From Vulcanimicrobiota bacterium (lineage in GTDB: Bacteria; Vulcanimicrobiota; Vulcanimicrobiia; Vulcanimicrobiales; Vulcanimicrobiaceae), in the NCBI GenBank assembly GCA_963777315.1, contig CAVZQC010000001.1, positions 399,172 to 463,171 on the forward strand: DNA of 64,000 bases. The letters run 5' to 3'. This document shows positions 9,913 to 21,026 of this stretch, piece after piece. The notes beneath the pieces were generated by a model, which had not been told where the DNA came from, did no database searches, and worked only from the letters and a program-made list of their open reading frames with translations. The translations under genes and the position numbers were made by a program. Every line of letters starts with the position of its first letter. Within the stretch, counting starts at the first letter, position 1.

Positions 9913-12357
9913 TTAGGCGCGCGCGAGCGCCTGCGGAACGACGTCGCGCGCCGCGGCTCGTGCGGGACGCTCGGCGGGCTTGCCGACCATCGCCAGTTCG
10001 TGCAGCTCGCCCGGCGCGAGCGTCATCTTTTCGGAAAGCCCGCGAAACTCGACCGATACGCTGCGCGCGTGATCGTTTGGATTGCACAAAAAGACTCGCA
10101 CGGCGCGCTGTTCGTCCTCGAACGCCACCGCGCCGACTTCAACCGGCGAGGTCGTCACTTCATCGCTGACGTCGCGCCCGGCGTACATGCACGCGAAGGG
10201 TTCTTCTGCCGACAGCTCGCTCATGTTGCCGTAGATGACGCTGCGTTCGAAATCAATGACGTACGTGCACGATTTACCGCCCCAGTGCACGCGCGCGGCT
10301 GCGACCCATTTCCACCCGCGCGGACGCAGCGGCACGAGGTGCGGACGACCGCTGGTGCGGTAGCCGTCCAGACCGCCGATCGTTTCGGCGACGGCCCATA
10401 AATATTTCGCGCTCGTCCACGGCGAGAGATACATCCCGCGGTTGGTCAGCGAACCGCCGTCGAACCACTCGGCGAATTCACCCGGCACCGTATTGCGCTC
10501 CGAACCGGCCTCCATCGTGGCGTAGATCGTTTCCATCCAGTGCACGGCCTGATCGGTAAAGCCGTTTCTGGCCAGGCACAGTACGAACCACAGCGTCAAA
10601 TCCGGCCATACGCCGCCGAGCAGTCCGAAGCCGTGCGACGGGAAGTACCACGAGTCGGCCGTCGATATCGTGCGCAGACCTACGGGCGTAATGAAGTCCG
10701 CTTCGGACAGCCGCTCCAAGATGCGACGCCGCTGCTCGCCGTCGGCGACGTCGAACAGCACCGGGAACACTTCGTCTGCGGTGAAGTTGTCCTGATAGTT
10801 CTGCTCCTGATCGTAGTTGAGCACGAAGGCGCCCGTGTCGTCGTTGAACATGTACTGCATCATCGCTTGGCGCAGCGACTGCGCTTCGTTCGAATATTTT
10901 TGCCACCGCTCGTGATCGCCCACGACGGCCGACAGCATCGCGGCCGCTTCCAGCGCAAAGACGCCCTCGGCATTGATCTCCGTAACTGCGCCGTCGAGCG
11001 TGTAATACGGGATGATATTGCGCCACGAGCTGATCCCGAACATGTCCACGCCGCTCGCGCGGCAGAACAGCAGGCCGTTCTTGTCGCGCTGCTCGAGCAT
11101 GTAGTCGGCGATTTTGCACATGAGGGCAAACCTCGCCCCGACCCATTGGTCGTCGAGCGTTGCATTGTAGTGATGGAGCATCGCAATGATGTGCAGCGGC
11201 GTATCGTCGTTGATGTTCAAATCGTACGAGGTTTTGAATCCGCTCACGCCGCGGACGTATTCGATCATTTCGCCGTTTTCCTGAACGAAGGTGTTGAACA
11301 CTTCGATGGCATCGCGGCTGAAGTCGGGCAGAAAATAGTCGAATCCATGCACGAACCAGGACGTGTCGCGGGAAACCAAAATGTCCGACGGCGGCGAGTT
11401 GGTGGATCCCCATCCGTTGGGATACTCCTTGATCACGCGCAGCATATTGGCCTTGGCCCAGACGACGCCGCGGCTGATCGCAGGCACCGGGCACATGAAA
11501 CGCGCGTCGCGCAGCTTGGACGCGTAATAGCGCTGCGTGTCGTGCAGAGCTTTGCGGTCGTGCAGCAGCCGGTCGAGCACCGGACGGGACTTGTCGCGAC
11601 CGTCCTTGTGAAACACGACGGCCAGGCGCAGCGACTCACGCGCGCCGGGCGCGACGGTCATGGCGTATTCGAAGGCCCCGAAGATGCGTCCGCTCACGCA
11701 TTCGGCCAGCTGCGGGGTTACTTCTTCCAAATGATCCTTTTCGAACAGCGATCCGGCGCGCATGTGATGCAGCACCACCTGCTCGCGCAACCCTACGATG
11801 GAAGCCGACGGAACGCGCGATCCGCCCCACCAGCGCTCCGCGCCGGTTTGCTGGTTTTTCGAGCAGATCGCGTCGCCTTCAACGAACGCGCGCACTTGGT
11901 GCTCGGGCTCGCCGTAAAAGCGCTGGCCGACCAGCAAAGCCCAAGGAAAAACCACCACGTCGAGCGGCGTGCCGCCGGGGTTGAACAACGTGACGTCGAC
12001 CACGAAGCTCACCGTGCGGTCGTATTGCGGCCCGTGGGGAACGTAAAACGCCTCGGTGACGTGCAAACGGTCGAGCACGGTGAACTCGGAGATCTGCGCG
12101 TAGGGCAAAAAAGTGAACTCGCGCGTTATCTGATGCGGAAAAACCGTCTGCCCGAGATCGGCAAGCCGGTAAGCGATCTGATGCGTGCCGAAGATGATTT
12201 GATCGGTATCCGCGTCCCACAATCCGCGGATGCCGCCCTTGGCGGTCGATTGCGCGAACGATTTGAAGTTGCCCAGCAGCAACCCGTACGGCGTTTGACC
12301 TTCGGGCGTGACGTAAGCGCAATACTCGTTGTGCTGCGCGTCATAGCTGGGTCGCAT
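9913..12357 (-). CDS. six-hairpin glycoside hydrolase (amylo-alpha-1,6-glucosidase/glycogen-debranching-like)
   Basis: SRDTSW, TPVGLRTIS, GGVWPDL and FAEWFDG segments typical of (alpha/alpha)6 glycosidases. Confidence 0.75.
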   Translation of the reverse strand: MRPSYDAQHNEYCAYVTPEGQTPYGLLLGNFKSFAQSTAKGGIRGLWDADTDQIIFGTHQIAYRLADLGQTVFPHQITREFTFLPYAQISEFTVLDRLHVTEAFYVPHGPQYDRTVSFVVDVTLFNPGGTPLDVVVFPWALLVGQRFYGEPEHQVRAFVEGDAICSKNQQTGAERWWGGSRVPSASIVGLREQVVLHHMRAGSLFEKDHLEEVTPQLAECVSGRIFGAFEYAMTVAPGARESLRLAVVFHKDGRDKSRPVLDRLLHDRKALHDTQRYYASKLRDARFMCPVPAISRGVVWAKANMLRVIKEYPNGWGSTNSPPSDILVSRDTSWFVHGFDYFLPDFSRDAIEVFNTFVQENGEMIEYVRGVSGFKTSYDLNINDDTPLHIIAMLHHYNATLDDQWVGARFALMCKIADYMLEQRDKNGLLFCRASGVDMFGISSWRNIIPYYTLDGAVTEINAEGVFALEAAAMLSAVVGDHERWQKYSNEAQSLRQAMMQYMFNDDTGAFVLNYDQEQNYQDNFTADEVFPVLFDVADGEQRRRILERLSEADFITPVGLRTISTADSWYFPSHGFGLLGGVWPDLTLWFVLCLARNGFTDQAVHWMETIYATMEAGSERNTVPGEFAEWFDGGSLTNRGMYLSPWTSAKYLWAVAETIGGLDGYRTSGRPHLVPLRPRGWKWVAAARVHWGGKSCTYVIDFERSVIYGNMSELSAEEPFACMYAGRDVSDEVTTSPVEVGAVAFEDEQRAVRVFLCNPNDHARSVSVEFRGLSEKMTLAPGELHELAMVGKPAERPARAAARDVVPQALARA

Positions 12358-12417
12358 GATTTCGGACTACGACGGGTCGGAGGGATGTCCCGCCCGGCGG
12401 CGCAAGCTTCGCCGGCT

Positions 12418-13296
12418 ATGAAAGCAGGCGAAACGCTGCGTGCGCCGGCGAAGCTGAATCTAAGCCTGGAGGTTCTGGCGCGGCGCCCGGACGGATTGCA
12501 CGGCGTGCGCAGCGTCATGGTTCCGGTCGATCTTTTCGACGAACTGCTCGTGAGCAGCGCAGACCGTTTTCAATTCTCCTGCGACGTGCCGGATCTGCAA
12601 GCGGACAATGTGATCGAGCGAGCTCTGCAGGCGATGGGCTTGCGCGAAGCGCCCGTCCGCATCGAGCTGCGCAAACGCATTCCGGTGGGCGGCGGAATGG
12701 GCGGCGGCTCGAGCGACGCCGCCGCGGTACTGCTGGCCGCGCAGAACGGCGCCTTCGGTCCGGTCGATGCGCCGGACTGGCTCGCGCTCGCGCGCTCGTT
12801 GGGTTCCGACGTGCCGTTTTTCTTGGTGCAAACCGCGGCTCTGGTCGAAGGAACCGGCGATCGAGTCACCGCTTTGGGAACCGTGCCTCCTTGGCATGCG
12901 GTCGTGATCCGTCCCCCGGCGTCGATCTCGACGGCATGGGCGTACGGTCGAATGGACGCGCGCGAGCGCCGTTCGCGGCCGCGAAGTTCAGGGGTGAGCC
13001 TGCAAATGGCGCAGGCTCTTCAGCGGCGCGAATTCGACCGCGTCGTTTCGCTGCTGTCCAACGACTTTGCCGACGTCGCATTGCAATCGGCTCCCCTCGT
13101 CGCGCAAGCACTGGACATGCTGCGTGCTGCCGGTTGCGAGCGCCCGGTGCTGACGGGTTCGGGATCCTGCGTGTTCGGACTGGCGCAAACGCTCGCCCAG
13201 CGTGAAGAGGTCGCCGCGCGCGTTCAATTGCCGCCCGGATTTCAGCTCTACCGATGCTCGTTTTGGAACGGACAAGCGTGGCGCAGCGCGGCGTAA
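12418..13296 (+). CDS. ispE: 4-diphosphocytidyl-2-C-methyl-D-erythritol kinase
   Basis: APAKLNLSL, KRIPVGGGMGGGSSDAA, LGSDVPFF, TGSGSCVF. Confidence 0.95.
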   Translation: MKAGETLRAPAKLNLSLEVLARRPDGLHGVRSVMVPVDLFDELLVSSADRFQFSCDVPDLQADNVIERALQAMGLREAPVRIELRKRIPVGGGMGGGSSDAAAVLLAAQNGAFGPVDAPDWLALARSLGSDVPFFLVQTAALVEGTGDRVTALGTVPPWHAVVIRPPASISTAWAYGRMDARERRSRPRSSGVSLQMAQALQRREFDRVVSLLSNDFADVALQSAPLVAQALDMLRAAGCERPVLTGSGSCVFGLAQTLAQREEVAARVQLPPGFQLYRCSFWNGQAWRSAA

Positions 13297-14054
13297 TCGG
13301 CGTCACTGCGCTGGTTTTAGCCGGAGGGCCGCCCGATGCGCTGTCGGCGCTCGCGCCCGGAGCGCCGAATAAAGCGTTCGTTCCCATCGATGGAACGACG
13401 CTGGTCGAACGCACGCTCTCCGCGCTGCGCGCGACCTCTTCTATATCGCGCATAATCGTGGTAACTCCGCCGAGCGCGCATTCGCATCCGGCGCTGGCGT
13501 TAGCGGACGAACGTCGCAGCGACGGCGTGCGCATTGCAGACAGTCTGCGCAGCGGCTTGGCAGGGCTTGCGCCCGACGAGGCCGTGCTGGTGAGCGCTTC
13601 CGACCTGCCCGTTCTGACCGCCGCCTCGATCGACGACTACGTTACGCGCGCGTTCGAATCGGATGCCGACCTGACGTACGGATGCGTGGAGAAACGCACG
13701 CACGCGGCAAAGTTTGCGGACGTGCCGCACACGTGGGTGCCTCTGCGCGGCGGGACGTACTGCGGCACCGGACTTGTGACGATGCGTCCGCGCGTTTGGC
13801 CGTCGCTCGAACGTTTCATCGAACGTCTCGGAAGCGCGCGCAAAAATCCGCTGCAGCTCGCGCGCTTGTTCGGCTGGGCCATTCTGCTGCGCTTTGCAAC
13901 GCGGCGTTTGTCGATCGCCGATGCCGAACGGCGGGCATCGCGCGTCATCGGCGCGCGCGTGCGGGCGGTCATTTCACCGTATCCCGAGATCGCCGTCAAC
14001 GTCGACCGGGTAAGCGACATCGCGCTGGCGGAACGGCTGGTTCGTTCGCGCTAG
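13278..14054 (+). CDS. MobA-like nucleotidyltransferase family protein
   Basis: LVLAGG, NKAFVPIDG, SDLP, VNVDRVSD. Confidence 0.8.
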   Translation: MAQRGVIGVTALVLAGGPPDALSALAPGAPNKAFVPIDGTTLVERTLSALRATSSISRIIVVTPPSAHSHPALALADERRSDGVRIADSLRSGLAGLAPDEAVLVSASDLPVLTAASIDDYVTRAFESDADLTYGCVEKRTHAAKFADVPHTWVPLRGGTYCGTGLVTMRPRVWPSLERFIERLGSARKNPLQLARLFGWAILLRFATRRLSIADAERRASRVIGARVRAVISPYPEIAVNVDRVSDIALAERLVRSR

Positions 14055-14069
14055 GTTCTCTAGCGCGAA

Positions 14070-14630
14070 CTAGCCGCCCGACCAGCGTTCGAACAGGTCA
14101 TGCTCGACGCCGAATTGATCGAGCGCTTTGCCGACGGTGTGATCGATAATGTCTTGCACCGTTTGCGGTTTGGCGTACATTGCGGGCATAGGCGGAAGGA
14201 TCACGGCACCCAGTTCGGCCAGTTGCGCGAGCGCCCGGAGGTGACCGAGGTGCAGCGGCGTTTCTCGCACCGCCAGCACGAGCTTGCGGCGCTCCTTGAG
14301 GCAGACGTCCGCAGCGCGCACGAGCAAGTTCGCGTTGAACGAATACGCGATGGCGGAAGCGCTTTTTATCGAACACGGCATGACGAGCATTCCGTCCGTT
14401 ACGAACGAACCGCTCGAAACGGGTGCGGCCAAGTCGTCGTCGCGATGCACGCGGCCGGCAAGCGCTTCGAATTCTTCCACGCTCTTGTCGGTCTCCAGTT
14501 CAATCGTCCGGCGAGCCTGGCTGCTCAAAACCAAATGCGTCTGAACGCCTGCATCGCGCAGCGCCTGCAGAGCGCGATAGCCGTACATGCTGCCGCTGGC
14601 GCCGCTTATTCCGATGACGATCCGCCGCAT
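14070..14630 (-). CDS. ubiX: flavin prenyltransferase
   Basis: GISGASG, SSGSF, RAADVCLKERRKLVL, RETP. Confidence 0.95.
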   Translation of the reverse strand: MRRIVIGISGASGSMYGYRALQALRDAGVQTHLVLSSQARRTIELETDKSVEEFEALAGRVHRDDDLAAPVSSGSFVTDGMLVMPCSIKSASAIAYSFNANLLVRAADVCLKERRKLVLAVRETPLHLGHLRALAQLAELGAVILPPMPAMYAKPQTVQDIIDHTVGKALDQFGVEHDLFERWSGG

Positions 14631-14667
14631 GGCTTCGCCGTTACACGCGGGCGGCAGGGCCGCCTTC

Positions 14668-15978
14668 GTGAATCTCCAAAGATGCCGCGTGCAGTCTGCG
14701 GAGCAACTCGCTTTCATCGACGCGGCTCAAGCGTGGAGCAGCACGCGCGACGAACGCTTTGCGGGCCGAATGCTGCGATCTCCGTTTTGCGGCGTGCCTT
14801 CCGGCGTCGCTGCCGCTTATGCGACGCTGTGGGCACGCGAGGGCAACCTTCTCGACTCGATCGGCCGCCAGAGGCTGGCATGCGACGTGCGATCGCGCGA
14901 AGCGCTTCTGGGATTCGCTGCGGCCTTGACGCAGCTCTCGCGTCTTCCCGCTGACTCGGGTTTGGCGCAGCGGCGAGCGGCGATCGCGAATTGCTTTGCA
15001 CTGGATTGCGCGCCGCCCACGCATGCGGCCGACGCGGGCGAGCGCGCCGAGTTCGCGCTCGCCGAACCGGTTTCGCCGGAGGCCGGCGCCGGCATCGCAA
15101 CCGACAATCCGCGCTTTAGCGCATCGCAGTTGAACACCTACGCCGAATGCCCGCGCAAATGGTTTTATCGCTACCTGTGCGCGGCGGTGGAAGACAAGGG
15201 TTCTTCGGCGTCCTTTTACGGCACCGCGTTTCACGCGGCGCTGGAACGGTTCCACGCCGAATACCCGCAGCCGGGCAACGTGCAGCCGCGCGAACTCGAC
15301 TCGAAACTGCAGGGATACCTCAATGCCGCCTTCGAGCGTCATAGCAACGATTTCGAAACGCCGGTCGAACGCGAGCTGCAGGTTCGGCGCGCGCGCCGAA
15401 CCGCACGCAAATACGTCGAGTGGCTCGTGGCGCAGGCTCGGCTGGCGCCGTTCACGGTCGTGGGCTGCGAGATTCCCGCCGAGCTGCAGATCGAAGGCTT
15501 CGATTTCATCGGATACATCGATCGTTTGGACCGCGACGATGCTACGGCGGCCGTTACGGTGATCGACTATAAAACCGGCTCGATCGCGGCAACTGCAGCC
15601 GAATACCGCGACAAGGTGCGCCGCTTCAAGGACTTTCAACTGCCGTTCTACTACTGGGCCCGCAGCGCGCAAGGCGATCGTGTGACGCGCCTGGCGCTGG
15701 TGCCGCTCAGGGACGCGCTGCTGGACGTGCGCCCGATTTCGCTCGAAGTCATCCCGATCGCGCGCGAGACGACCCAATCGCACGGCGTTGCGGGCGTGAT
15801 TCCGATTTCGGAGCTCGAACGCGCCCGGGAGCGCATGGTTCAGATTTGCCGAGAACTGACGTGCAGGCAGGCCGAGGCCTTTCCCGTTACCGACGACCCC
15901 GCAGCGTGCACGTACTGCTCGTACTCGATCTCATGCGCGTACAAACCCTATCCGCGCGAGGAGCGATTCGCGCGGTGA
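14668..15978 (+). CDS. PD-(D/E)XK nuclease (AddB/RecB C-terminal-like) with four-Cys Fe-S motif
   Basis: FSASQLNTYAECPRK, GTAFHAALE, GYIDRLD, IDYKTG, QLPFY, CTYCSYSISC; start uncertain. Confidence 0.85.
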   Translation: MNLQRCRVQSAEQLAFIDAAQAWSSTRDERFAGRMLRSPFCGVPSGVAAAYATLWAREGNLLDSIGRQRLACDVRSREALLGFAAALTQLSRLPADSGLAQRRAAIANCFALDCAPPTHAADAGERAEFALAEPVSPEAGAGIATDNPRFSASQLNTYAECPRKWFYRYLCAAVEDKGSSASFYGTAFHAALERFHAEYPQPGNVQPRELDSKLQGYLNAAFERHSNDFETPVERELQVRRARRTARKYVEWLVAQARLAPFTVVGCEIPAELQIEGFDFIGYIDRLDRDDATAAVTVIDYKTGSIAATAAEYRDKVRRFKDFQLPFYYWARSAQGDRVTRLALVPLRDALLDVRPISLEVIPIARETTQSHGVAGVIPISELERARERMVQICRELTCRQAEAFPVTDDPAACTYCSYSISCAYKPYPREERFAR

Positions 15979-18154
15979 GCACGTTCATCGTTGGGCCGGC
16001 CGGCTGCGGGAAAACCCACGAACTCGCGCGCCGCGCACGCGCAACCGCCGATCGCATGCCGGTTTTACTGACGTCTTCTTCCGCGGCATCGCTGAGCGTT
16101 TTGGGGGCGCTGATCTGCCATCCCAACGTGTTCGTGCGCGAGCTGCACGAGGTCGCGCGCGAAATGGTCCCCGCCTCGGAGCCGATCGACGACGTTCGCG
16201 CGGCGCAGACTGTTCGAGCAAGCGGCGCAGCCGCTGCTCGATTTGGAGTGGACGGAATTCATCGAAGCCGAGCTCGACCCCGAAGTGCCCGGCCTGCGGG
16301 CTCCGGGACGTTTTTTGGACGCGGCCTTCCGGCTGTTGTGCAAGCTGCGCGACGCGGGCATTTCGCCGGAGCAGTTCTTGGAAAGCTCGCTGCGCGGCGC
16401 CGCTCAGTTCTATGCAAAACCTCCGAATCTCGCGCATCCGGACTTGCTGTACTATACGAAGGACAGACTACCGCGATTCACTCGATGCGAATTCGAGTGA
16501 ATTGCAGCGCCAATACCGCCGCGAAGTAGATCTGGCGAAAATCCTTGCCAAACTGTATCGAGCGTATCTGGATCATCCCGTTCGCCATGGCTGCCTGACC
16601 GCGCGCGATGCAGTTGCGCAGGCGACGCGCGTGGCTGGCGAGGACGCTGCAGTTGCGCACCGCGTGCGCGAGCGATATCCGGCGGTCTTCATCGACGATG
16701 CGCAAGAACTCACGCTGAGCGAGCTGCATTTTCTCACGGCGCTCTATGGTGAGAATCTCGAGGGAGCGACGCTGGCCGGCGACATGGAATCGGCCACGTC
16801 GGCGTTCCGGGGCGCTCGACCGGATCGCGTTTTCGCCTTACCCGGGGAACGCGTGCTGCTCGAAGAGCGCTCGCGCAGCCCCTTCGCAATCGATGCGGCA
16901 TGCCGCCATTTGCTTGGGACGTCCGGAAATCCGCCGGTCAGCACCGATCCGCAAGTCGGGCTGACGATGTTTCGCGCAACCACCCAGCGCGCCGAGGCGC
17001 AGTTCGTCGCCGATCACGTCATCGAGCTGCTCAACGGCGCGGCGGCGCAGAGCGAGATCGCCCTTCTGTTTCGATCCGTTGCCGCGATACGGCCTTACCG
17101 CGACGCTTTGCTCGAGCGCAACGTTCCCGTGCAAGTCGCCGGCGACTTGAACGTTTTCACCGAGCCGGAAGCGCAGGATGCTTTGGCGATTCTATGGTTC
17201 CTTCACGATCCGTTCCGGCACGATTATCTGCTGCGCGTGCTGTCGGGTCCCGCGCTCGGACTTAGCGACGCTTCACTGCACGTGCTCTGCGGCGAACCGC
17301 CCGACACGCAGACGCTGCTGTTTAGCCAAGAGGGTCCGGAGAACGGTGCCGCACGCTCGGGACGCTGGGACCTCAAGCGAGATCTGCGGCTCGGATGGAA
17401 CGTTCTGCAGGGCGACCGCGACCCGCACCTTTCCGCGCCGGCTTGCGAACGCATACGTCTGCTGCGTGAAAAACGCAACTCGTGGTCGCAGGCGATGCGC
17501 TCTATGGATCTGCCGTCGCTGGTGCGCCTAATCTGGAGTCAAGGTTTGGCGCGGGCCGGATCGCCCGGCTGTGCGCGCGCGCTGTACCAGCAGCAGACGC
17601 TGGCGCGCCTACACGATCGGCTCGTGCAGTTTGCCGCCGGCCATGCAAACGTTTCGCTGGGCGAGTTCCTGGAATACGCGCAAGCGCGCATGGAAAGCGA
17701 TTTCGAGTCGTGCGAAGTGGCCGAGATCGCAGGAGCGGTGCGCGTGCTGAGCATCGATGCGGCGCGCGGACGTGAATTCGATCACGTCATTCTTCCCAAC
17801 GTGCGCGCCGGCGCGTTCCCGCGCTGGTACGTTCCAGACGCCTTTCTTTACAGCCCGAGCTTGGGGATGATTGCCAAAGAAAACGTCGGGGACGCGCGCG
17901 CTTCGCGTACGGCGAAATTCACGTACTACATGTTCCGGACCAAAGCGCGCGAAGCGTACAACCGCGAGGAGCGGCGCGCGTTCGTGTACGCGCTTCGCCG
18001 CGCTCGCAAGAGCGCTTTGGTCACCGCCAGCGAGCGCTCCACCCGCGGAATCAGCGCACCGGAGTTTTTGACCGAACTGCAGGCTGCGCGCTTGCCCGGA
18101 GCCGTCGACCGCTCCGATCAGTGGCGTCCCGCGCGCACCGTCTATACCGGGTGA
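15975..18154 (+). CDS. UvrD/AddA-like SF1 helicase with degenerate motifs (frameshifts near 16209 and 16465)
   Basis: GTGA overlap with the nuclease stop; GPAGCGKT, FIDDAQE, IALLFRS, ARGREFDHV, EERRAFVYALRRAR spread over three frames. Confidence 0.8.
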
Positions 18155-19116
18155 ACCTGCAGCTGCAGGAGATCGACGCGCAAGAATACGCGCGGGACGT
18201 CTTGCCGCTCACGCTGCCGCTCTGGGGAAACGGCCGCACGTTGGAGACGTACCGTGCCCAGACGTCCGAGCTGGCTTGCCGAACGTATGCCAAACACCAT
18301 TATCGCACGTTCGGCCTGACGTCCGGCGGTGGACCTCTCGCATCGTTCAAATGGTACGAGCGCGAAGCTCGCGCCGGCAAAGAGCGTTTGCAAGCCGCCG
18401 GCATCGGCGCGGTCTTTACGCCCGAGCAGCTGCGCGGTCGCGGCTATGCCGGCGCGATGCTCGGGCTCGCGCTAGACCGCGCGCGCGACAGCGGATTCGA
18501 TTTTGCGTACCTGTTTTCGGACATTCATCCGCAGTTTTACAAAATGCTCGGCTTCATCGAGCTGCCGTCGCGCTCGATCTCGCTGCGCGCCGACACGCTC
18601 AGTGTCGAACGAATCGGCGCTGCAGCGCTCACGCACGCAGACTGGACCGGCGTGCGCGCCTGCTTCGACGCGTGCCAAGCCCGGCGCGAGTTCGCATTCG
18701 AGCGTTCAGCGCTGGTGTGGGATTGGATTCGCACGCGGCTGCGCCACGGCAGCGAGCACGCCGGCGGGCAGCCCGTGAACCTCGTCTGCCGGTTGCGAAA
18801 ACGCGTCGCCGCATACGTCATCGGCCGCCGCGAGACTGCGCACGATGCACTGGTGGTCGACGAGTGCGGCTTTTCCGGCGCGCAAGCCGCTGCACTGATT
18901 CCCGCGCTGCTGCGCTGCGCTGCCGGCGACTTGCGGCGCGTGACGGGATGGCTGCCGCCGGATCCGGTCCGGCAGTTGCTGCCGCGCGGCTCGGTTCGCC
19001 GGCGAACCGCTGCGGTGTGGATGGCGATCCCGCTTACGCCGGCCGGAAGGCGGTTCGTCACCCTCGCCCGTGAATCGGGAAACGCCGACGGCATGTGGAG
19101 TCTGGATCATATTTAA
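18151..19116 (+). CDS. GNAT acetyltransferase (Eis-like N-terminus)
   Basis: GIGAVFTPEQLRGRGYA, LFSDIHPQFYKMLGF. Confidence 0.82.
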   Translation: MNLQLQEIDAQEYARDVLPLTLPLWGNGRTLETYRAQTSELACRTYAKHHYRTFGLTSGGGPLASFKWYEREARAGKERLQAAGIGAVFTPEQLRGRGYAGAMLGLALDRARDSGFDFAYLFSDIHPQFYKMLGFIELPSRSISLRADTLSVERIGAAALTHADWTGVRACFDACQARREFAFERSALVWDWIRTRLRHGSEHAGGQPVNLVCRLRKRVAAYVIGRRETAHDALVVDECGFSGAQAAALIPALLRCAAGDLRRVTGWLPPDPVRQLLPRGSVRRRTAAVWMAIPLTPAGRRFVTLARESGNADGMWSLDHI

Positions 19117-20177
19117 CGGTTGGTCGAACGTGACGCTGCGAATAAGCTCTGCTGGCGGGGCTCTGCGTACACGAATGAAGCGACCCGCGTGCCCAAAAGC
19201 CGAACCGGCGCGTTGCGAACGTCCGCGCGGCGAAGGCAATACGCTGCAGCGGCGAATATTCGGCGCGCATCAGCCGTAGGTTCGACCAGGTTCGTCTGGC
19301 GCACGACGGTCGTGAAATCGGCGCGCCGCAGTTTTATCCCGACGTTGCACGACCACAAGCCCTCACGCTCCAGCTTGTGCGCCAGCTCGACGGCCTGCGC
19401 CCGCAGCAATTCGCGCAGGCGGCGTTCGTCGCGCACGTCGTATTCGAACGTCTCTTCGGTCGAGATCGATTTCGTTTCGCGCTGCGGCTCGACCGGCCGG
19501 CGATCGATGCCGCGCGCCAAATCGACCAGCTCGGCGCCCCAGGAACCGAAAATATCCTTGGCGCGTTCGGGCTCGAGCGCGGCGACTTGGCCGATCGTCG
19601 CGATTCCGCGTTCGAGCAAACGCGCTTGCGTTTTCGGCCCCACGCCCCACAGCCGGCCGACCGGCAGGGGCGCGAGGAAATCGGCTTCCTCGCCGGCATC
19701 CAGCGCTTGCAGCCCATTGGGTTTGCACGAATCGGAAAGAATTTTTGCCACCATTTTGCCGCTTGCAACACCGGCACTGACCGTCAGCCGTACCGCTTGA
19801 TAGACTTCCTGCCGGATCGTCTGAGCCAGTTCTACCGCGCGATCCAGCGGCATGTCGCCCAAATCGATGAAGGCTTCGTCCATGGACAGCCCCTGCACCG
19901 GATAACCTCGGCGTTCGAGCACGCCGAAGATGCTGCCGGATACGTCGCGGTATTTCTGCATGTTGGGCGCGACCACGATCAGCTGCGGGCATGCCGCCAA
20001 CGCTTTATACAACGGCACGGCGGACTTAACGCCGAAGGGGCGCGCTTCGTACGATGCCGTCAGGACGACGGCGCGCCGGCTGCTGCCGGCGACCGCGACG
20101 GGTTTGCCGCGCAATTGGGGATCGTCGCGGATCTCGACGCTGGCATAGAACGCGTCGACGTCAAAGTGGGCGATCAC
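19113..20177 (-). CDS. dinB: DNA polymerase IV
   Basis: IAHFDVDAFYASVE, SYEARPFGVKSA, SMDEAF, LWGVGPKT. Confidence 0.95.
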   Translation of the reverse strand: MIAHFDVDAFYASVEIRDDPQLRGKPVAVAGSSRRAVVLTASYEARPFGVKSAVPLYKALAACPQLIVVAPNMQKYRDVSGSIFGVLERRGYPVQGLSMDEAFIDLGDMPLDRAVELAQTIRQEVYQAVRLTVSAGVASGKMVAKILSDSCKPNGLQALDAGEEADFLAPLPVGRLWGVGPKTQARLLERGIATIGQVAALEPERAKDIFGSWGAELVDLARGIDRRPVEPQRETKSISTEETFEYDVRDERRLRELLRAQAVELAHKLEREGLWSCNVGIKLRRADFTTVVRQTNLVEPTADARRIFAAAAYCLRRADVRNAPVRLLGTRVASFVYAEPRQQSLFAASRSTNR

Positions 20178-21023
20178 GCGTGCTGCGCACCGGCAAAGAC
20201 GTGCCGGATCGTTTCCATGTTGCGCAAATCGTCGGCGCGGTCTCCGGGAGTTTCCAAAATCGCGGTCTTCTCGCGCAATTCCGGGCGCATGGCCAACGCC
20301 CTGAAACCGGCCAAACCGATATTGCCTTCGCCGATGTGATGATGGCGGTCGCGATTGCCGCCCAAAGGCACCTGCGTGTCGTTGAAATGAAACACGTGGA
20401 TGCGATCCAAACCGATGTGTTCGGCGGCTTGGTACAAAAACTCGTCGACGCCGCGCTGTGAATCGATCGCGTATCCAGCCGCCCACGCGTGAGCCGTATC
20501 CAAACACACGCCCAGCTCGAGGATGATCGAGCGATGTGACGAAGCGGCCCAGCTCTTCGAGCGTTCCGCCGCACAGGGAGCCCGCTCCGGCCGAATTCTC
20601 CAAGACCAAATACACGTCCGCTGCGACATCTTCGAGCGCGCGCTCGAGCAGCCGGCAGGCCGACACGAAACCTTGCGCGCGATCGCGGTTGCCGTACGAT
20701 CCCAGATGCGTGTTGACGTACTTGATGCCGCCCGCCGCGGCGACCGCCAAATCGTTCTTGAGCAACTTGAGCGATCCGCCGGCTATCTTGGAATCTTCGC
20801 TCGCCAGATTGATGAGATACGGCGTGTGGATGACGCAGGGATCGATGCCGGCCTGCTCGCGGGCGGTTTTGAACGACTCCAGCGCGGGTCTATCGATCGC
20901 CGACGTGCGGTAACTGCGCGGGTTGCTGGAAAATATCTGCAGAGCAGTGCAGCCGACGTGCTTGGCATGCTCCATCGCCGCTGCATATCCGGCTGCGACG
21001 CGAACGTGGACGCCGATCCGCAC
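20174..21023 (-). CDS. nfo: endonuclease IV (frameshift near 20517)
   Basis: IGVHV, IHTPYLINLAS, LENSAG, then CLDTAH, HFNDT, DRHHHIGEG, ILETP in the next frame. Confidence 0.92.
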
Positions 21024-21026
21024 CGG

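Noticed and set aside
10540..12417. Long N-terminal extension of IspE (918-aa ORF) and other long antisense ORFs (e.g. 2797-4464, 7802-9322, 22939-24669)
   Set aside because: Shadow ORFs opposite well-supported genes, as expected in high-GC DNA; no motifs.
14668..15978. Cas4 interpretation of the Fe-S PD-(D/E)XK nuclease
   Set aside because: No cas genes or repeat array; coupling to a UvrD-like gene favours an AddB-type role.
19113..21023. Apparent 636-aa Nfo-DinB fusion in the ORF track
   Set aside because: Artefact of the nfo frameshift. The true Nfo C-terminus is in another frame ending at 20174, and dinB has its own GTG at 20177.
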